A DNA stretch of 64,000 bases, from positions 251,512 through 315,511 of the forward strand of contig JAWSVJ010000007.1 of assembly GCA_033851975.1 (NCBI GenBank), given 5' to 3'. Position numbers and translations under genes: made by a program. The notes under the pieces are model-generated. The model was not told where the DNA came from, did no database searches, and worked only from the letters and a program-made list of their open reading frames with translations. This DNA is from Hyphomonas sp. GTDB taxonomy: Bacteria > Pseudomonadota > Alphaproteobacteria > Caulobacterales > Hyphomonadaceae. Each line of letters begins with the position of its first letter. Position 1 is the first letter of the stretch. This document shows positions 59,169 through 64,000 of this stretch, in pieces.

Positions 59169-61001
59169 TTAGTTTTCAGCGAACTGCAATTCGGCAAGGC
59201 GGGCATAGAGTCCGCCTTGTGCGACCAGCTCGTCATGATTGCCTTGTTCCACGATCTTACCGTCTTCCATAACCAGAATGCGATCTGCGCGGCGCACGGT
59301 TGAGAGCCGGTGTGCAATAACGAGCGTTGTCCGCCCCTGAGCCGCGGTTTCAATCGCGCGGCGGACAGCGGCTTCACTTTCAGAATCGAGCGCGCTGGTG
59401 GCCTCATCAAGCAGCAAGATCGGCGCATCTCGGGTGAGCGCACGTGCAAGCGCAACGCGCTGACGCTGGCCCCCTGACAGACTACGCCCCTTCTGACCCA
59501 GATCTGCGTCCAAGCCGCCCTTAGCGATCAGAAAGTCATACGCCTCGGCCATGCGCGCCGCGTTGAGAAGCGCGTCATCGCTAACTGTGTGGTCCCCAAA
59601 GGAGATGTTCTCTCGCGCTGAGCCCGTGAACAGCGCAGATTCCTGCGGAGCATACGCAAACCGGGAGCGCCACTCAGACGGCGCGGCATGTTGCGCATCA
59701 ATACCATCAAGCTCAACTGTTCCAGACTGTGGATCGAACAAGCGCAGAGCCAAACGGAAAACGGTGGTTTTGCCCGCGCCGCTTGGGCCGACGAGCGCGA
59801 CGAACTCACCCGGCGCTACAGTCAGATCAAAGTTCTCAAGTGCAGGTCCGCCCGCTTCACCATAGTTGAAAGTGACGTGGTTGAAGGCGAGGACCGGGCG
59901 TGCAGTTTCGAGCAGTTTGGTGGGATTTTGAGGCGTTTCAATTTCAGTCGCCGCGTTCATGACTTCCGCTGCACGGTCGGCTGCGCCCGCCGCACGCATC
60001 ACCTCACCATACACTTCAGCGAGCATGCCAAAGCCTGATCCGGCGTAGAGCGCGTAAAGAACCATTGAAGCCAAATCGCCGAACGACATCTCATTATTGG
60101 CCACCGCGCGCGCGCCGAGCCAAAGCACACCGACAAATCCACCAAACAAGAGCGCCGAGACAAGCACGATCATCAAGGCCCGCGCGCCGATTCTGCGCAT
60201 CGCGGCCTTGAACGTGCCCTCAATCGCGTCAGAGAAGGTGGCCAGCCGCGTCGGCTCACGACCATAGGCTTGCACCAACTCAATCGAATCCAACGCTTCG
60301 GAAGCTTCTCCGCCCGCTTCGGCGAGCTTGGCTTGTGTTTCGTTCGACATTTTGCGAATGGTTCGGCCAATAATCATGACCGGCAGAATTGCGATGGGAA
60401 GCATCGCCAGTAATGTGAGACCGAGTTTCCAGTTCACGATCAGCATCATCACCAACGCGCCGCTTGTCGTTAGCAATGTGCGTGTCGCCAGTGAGGCAGA
60501 CGAGCCAAGGAATGTCTCGATGAGTGTAATATCAGCCGTTAGACGCGACACCGCCTCACCAGAACGCATCTTCGCGTGGTAGCGCGGGGAGAGCGTCAGC
60601 AAGTGAGCGTAAAGGTCATGGCGAAGGTCTGCTGCGATCCGCTCACCAAAGCGCGATACGAAATAGAACCGCACAGCGCCCAGCACGCCCATACCAATGG
60701 CCGCGAGCAGCACCCAGAAGAACGCCTCGTCAATCAGCTTCAAAAGACGTTGGCTGTTGCCTTCAGCCGCTTGGCCAGCATCTGCCGCTTGGCCCAACAA
60801 AAGCGGGATCATAAGGCTCAGTCCAGCGGCCGCAAACAAGAAGACCAGCGCGACAAGAACAGTCACCCAATGACGCCTTGCATAAGGCAGTAACAGGCCT
60901 AGCGGTTTGATGTTGCGCCCCTTAGGACGATCAATCGCGGCGCCGCCTTGGGGCAGCGTTGCACGGCGGTCATCGACGATCTGTTCTGTAGGTTTTGCCA
61001 T
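59169..61001 (-). CDS. ABC exporter, fused TMD-ATPase (MsbA-like)
   Basis: Six-TM domain plus GPSGAGKTT, LSGGQRQR, LLDEATSALD, IAHRLST. Confidence 0.92.
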   Translation of the reverse strand: MAKPTEQIVDDRRATLPQGGAAIDRPKGRNIKPLGLLLPYARRHWVTVLVALVFLFAAAGLSLMIPLLLGQAADAGQAAEGNSQRLLKLIDEAFFWVLLAAIGMGVLGAVRFYFVSRFGERIAADLRHDLYAHLLTLSPRYHAKMRSGEAVSRLTADITLIETFLGSSASLATRTLLTTSGALVMMLIVNWKLGLTLLAMLPIAILPVMIIGRTIRKMSNETQAKLAEAGGEASEALDSIELVQAYGREPTRLATFSDAIEGTFKAAMRRIGARALMIVLVSALLFGGFVGVLWLGARAVANNEMSFGDLASMVLYALYAGSGFGMLAEVYGEVMRAAGAADRAAEVMNAATEIETPQNPTKLLETARPVLAFNHVTFNYGEAGGPALENFDLTVAPGEFVALVGPSGAGKTTVFRLALRLFDPQSGTVELDGIDAQHAAPSEWRSRFAYAPQESALFTGSARENISFGDHTVSDDALLNAARMAEAYDFLIAKGGLDADLGQKGRSLSGGQRQRVALARALTRDAPILLLDEATSALDSESEAAVRRAIETAAQGRTTLVIAHRLSTVRRADRILVMEDGKIVEQGNHDELVAQGGLYARLAELQFAEN

Positions 61002-61245
61002 GCTGCGTCGCTTATCATCGTTTGATTGCCGCGTCATGCTAAGTCACTATCAGTCGCGATCAAATCAACTCACCCTGATGAAGGCGCAAATAGCCGGGTG
61101 AAAATTCAAAGAATACTGCCCGATCCTCTTGCGCGATCAGGCTGATTAGGTTAAGCGCGCGCTTTAGATTTATTGCGAGTAACGCCCCCTCATAATCTGG
61201 GCGCGGGCGAAGCACGTAGACACAGAAACGGAAAGACACGGCGCT

Positions 61246-61464
61246 ATGAAGAAAGACATTCATCCTGATTACCACATGATCACTGTTGTGATGACTGATG
61301 GTACTGAATATCAGACGCGTTCGACCTATGGTGCTGAAGGCGATCGCCTCGTGCTGGACATCGATTCCGGGTCACACCCTGCTTGGACAGGCGGCGACGG
61401 AAAACTGCTTGACCGCGGTGGCCGTGTTTCACGCTTCAAAGATAAATTCAAAGGCTTCGTATAA
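61246..61464 (+). CDS. rpmE: 50S ribosomal protein L31 (Cys-less form)
   Basis: [10 protein letters not shown]...[12 protein letters not shown]...GRVSRFK.KF. Confidence 0.96.
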   Translation: MKKDIHPDYHMITVVMTDGTEYQTRSTYGAEGDRLVLDIDSGSHPAWTGGDGKLLDRGGRVSRFKDKFKGFV

Positions 61465-61502
61465 GACAGGCCGACGGCCAGTTATATATGATGTGTATAG
61501 TG

Positions 61503-61537
61503 GAAACGCCCCGATCTCACGATCGGGGTTTTTCTTT
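61503..61537 (+). terminator. Intrinsic terminator after rpmE
   Basis: CCCCGATC-TCAC-GATCGGGG followed by TTTTTCTTT. Confidence 0.8.
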
Positions 61538-61664
61538 GTCTTACGCTTATTCGAAGTAAGTGCAGCGCGTTAGCGTTGGACATGGGGTGATCCCCGTCAT
61601 AATCTAAACACAGGGTAAATTTATGGATTGGTGGCTGGGGCACGGCAAATAGGGACTTTCGGAC

Positions 61665-64000
61665 ATGTTACGGAATCTGACCACATCAACCGCGCGGACG
61701 GCGATTACCATCGCCCTCGGCAGCCTCGTTTTGTTGACGGCCTGCGACCAGCGTGAAGACCGCGTTGAACGCGCCAAGAGCCTCGCAGACGCCGCAATGG
61801 ACCAGATTAGCGGACGCACCATTGTCGAAAGCACCCCCGAAACCTCTATGCAAACTGCCTCTATCGAGGACCGCTCCATCTCTGGCACGCTGCGCAATGA
61901 TTTAGGCACCGAGATGTATGACTCGCGCACCAAATTCGCGATCGGGTCAATCATCGCCAAGCCGAAGGATATCGCGCCTGAAATGTCGCTAGAGGAAGAG
62001 TTACTCCTCGAAGAAGCGCTGTTGGAAGAAGAATTCGCAGACGAAGAATCCGCAGGGCCAGCCCCGCTGGATATTACGAGCCCCTCACCCGTCCCGGGCG
62101 CCGCCCCGGAGCCGGTCATTGTCGAAGAAACACTGCCAACTGATACCACGATCACAGACAGTGAAGACAGTATCGTATCCACCGCGCAAGTAATGCCGAA
62201 GATCAAGCTCGATCCCAAAGCCCGCGCACGCACAGAAGCTGAATTTGACAACAAAACGCGTGAGCTAAAGAAAGCTGCTCGAATAGGCGCTGCCCCGAAG
62301 GCACGCGCGAAACGCGCCCGCAGCCTGTCGCCTCGCGCCATGACCGCCCTGCCCCCTGCTGAACGCAAGATGGCGAAACGTTTGGCCCGTCGTTCGGTTA
62401 TCCGCGAAGACGCCATCCGCGCGCAAAGAGATGCAAATACAGTCATGCTGGATGCGCTGTCTAAATATGGCATGGGCGGAGAAGTCGCCCTATCGCGCAA
62501 TGGTCAAATGGTCATCCAAATCGGTAAAGACGGCGCAAGCCCAACCCGTTTCGGCCCAGAAGACGCTTCATCAAATCCAGTCGCTGACTTCTTGGCGGTT
62601 GCGACCGAAGAGACTGACTGCTCTGAAATATCAGCTGCGGTCTCTCTCGCTTCCAACCCGATCCTCGCGACTGAGTGTATCGTGCAGGATCTGCGCGCAT
62701 CCGGTCAGTTTGAATATGTCGAAAAAGACTACATCTTCCAGAACCAGTTCGCCCGCAAACCCAAGCCTGACCCGAAACCAGAACCTACTGGCACCGAAGA
62801 GACACCGACGACACCCGCTGAAGTTTCAATGACACCCAACGACCCACTCTGGTCGCTACAATGGCATTTCATGAACCAAGGCGAAGGTGAAGGCACGTCG
62901 CCCGGCGGTTCAGGCTTCCAAGACTTCTGGGCGCGCCAAGCCAACACAGGCTCTGCCGATGTTGTGGTTGCGGTTGTCGATACCGGCTTACAGCTCGATC
63001 ACCCAGATATCGAAGGCTCACCCAATGTCGTCGCTGGCTGGGACATGGTGTCAGACCCGCGCATCGGCAATGATGGCGATGGGCGTGACAATGATCCAAA
63101 CGATCCCGGTGACATGTGTGACCCAACAGCGCCAAACGCTGAAGACACGTTCCACGGCACCCACGTCGCTGGCACAATTGGCGCAGCGGTCACAAATAAT
63201 GGCTCCGGCGTTGCTGGCGGCGCATGGAATGTGAAAATCGTTCCGGTGCGCGCGCTCGGCAAATGCGGTGGCCGGTTGTCAGACATCAATGACGCTATTC
63301 GCTGGGCCGGTGGTCTTATCCCGGCTGAAGGCGCTGATGGCGGCGAAGAATGGAACGACAACCCTGCCGACATCATCAACCTTTCGATTGGCCTGTTTGA
63401 ATATTGCCCGGCCTCTCTGCAAGACGCGATTGATTCAGTTGTCGATCGCGGCGTTGTCGTTGTTTCAGCGGCGGGCAATGATGGCGGCTCAACAACATTC
63501 CACGCGCCCGGCGGCTGTAACAATGTCATCTCAGTTGCCGCAGGTGATGCACGCGGACAGATCGCGCCATATTCTAACTTTGGCGCTGAAGTTGATGTGC
63601 TTGCCCCCGGTGGTGACTTAACCCGAGACGACAATGGTGATGGCCATCCGGACGGCGTCCTCTCAACCAAGAAATCTACTGATTGCTTTGATCTGGTTAC
63701 GGGCGAGCCTGTAGACAATTGCTTCTATGCTTATGAGCAGGGCACCAGCATGGCCGCGCCGCACGTTTCTGCCGCGCTCGCATTGCTCAAAGCACGCGAC
63801 CCTGAAGCGACAGGCGAAGAACTGACCAGCCTGCTGCTCTCATCGCTCGACCCGAGATCACCGATGCAATGCGCCGGGTCTTGTGAGCGTTATCCGGGCA
63901 CGGAGCCTATCGAGGGCAATCCAGACATGTGCTTACGCCCGTGTGGTGGTGGCCTGCTGAATTTGGGCAATATACCTGAAACAGCCGGCGGCGCTGGCAG
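61665..64000 (+). CDS. S8 subtilisin-like serine protease, lipoprotein, 3'-truncated by the window edge (absent from the ORF track)
   Basis: My translation from ATG 61665 gives lipobox LLTAC (Cys27), VAVVDTG (Asp codon 62979), FHGTHVAGTI (His 63153), SAAGN and QGTSMAAPHV (63741). All are in one frame, with no stop seen before 64000. Confidence 0.92.
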   Translation, partial: MLRNLTTSTARTAITIALGSLVLLTACDQREDRVERAKSLADAAMDQISGRTIVESTPETSMQTASIEDRSISGTLRNDLGTEMYDSRTKFAIGSIIAKPKDIAPEMSLEEELLLEEALLEEEFADEESAGPAPLDITSPSPVPGAAPEPVIVEETLPTDTTITDSEDSIVSTAQVMPKIKLDPKARARTEAEFDNKTRELKKAARIGAAPKARAKRARSLSPRAMTALPPAERKMAKRLARRSVIREDAIRAQRDANTVMLDALSKYGMGGEVALSRNGQMVIQIGKDGASPTRFGPEDASSNPVADFLAVATEETDCSEISAAVSLASNPILATECIVQDLRASGQFEYVEKDYIFQNQFARKPKPDPKPEPTGTEETPTTPAEVSMTPNDPLWSLQWHFMNQGEGEGTSPGGSGFQDFWARQANTGSADVVVAVVDTGLQLDHPDIEGSPNVVAGWDMVSDPRIGNDGDGRDNDPNDPGDMCDPTAPNAEDTFHGTHVAGTIGAAVTNNGSGVAGGAWNVKIVPVRALGKCGGRLSDINDAIRWAGGLIPAEGADGGEEWNDNPADIINLSIGLFEYCPASLQDAIDSVVDRGVVVVSAAGNDGGSTTFHAPGGCNNVISVAAGDARGQIAPYSNFGAEVDVLAPGGDLTRDDNGDGHPDGVLSTKKSTDCFDLVTGEPVDNCFYAYEQGTSMAAPHVSAALALLKARDPEATGEELTSLLLSSLDPRSPMQCAGSCERYPGTEPIEGNPDMCLRPCGGGLLNLGNIPETAGGAG

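Noticed and set aside
61604-62500. 298-aa minus-strand ORF (also 62999-63718)
   Set aside because: Antisense shadows of the plus-strand S8 protease, which carries the real motifs.

Overview
This 64 kb window is mostly housekeeping and metabolic genes from an alphaproteobacterial chromosome. Gene content and order suggest a Caulobacterales/Hyphomonadaceae-type organism (inference). Core blocks are rnd-lptC-lptA-lptB-rpoN; rpsA-ihfB-mscL; cmk; aroA with divergent TIGR02300 and tRNA-Ala(GGC); cysQ-glmM; gap-pgk-fda; thiE-efp-suhB; and rpmE. I found no CRISPR array, prophage, integrase, transposase or rRNA. Points of interest: (1) a nucleoside hydrolase whose catalytic DxDxxxDD motif lies upstream of any canonical start codon; (2) ribosomal protein S1 with an appended helix-hairpin-helix domain; (3) a ~4 kb insertion splitting aroA from cmk, carrying an FRG-domain gene and bordered by a REP-doublet hairpin; (4) a Zur-box-linked Zrg-like ABC/DUF3299 cluster with no ZrgA, beside a ZIP transporter; (5) PhaR-type boxes upstream of phaZ, a fatty-acid desaturase and a TonB-dependent receptor; (6) an orphan Zn-ribbon membrane protein; (7) a lipoprotein subtilase with a very long N-terminal region, absent from the ORF track because it runs off the window end. 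I cannot demonstrate a complete new multi-gene system from the sequence alone. All family calls come from motif recognition without database searches.
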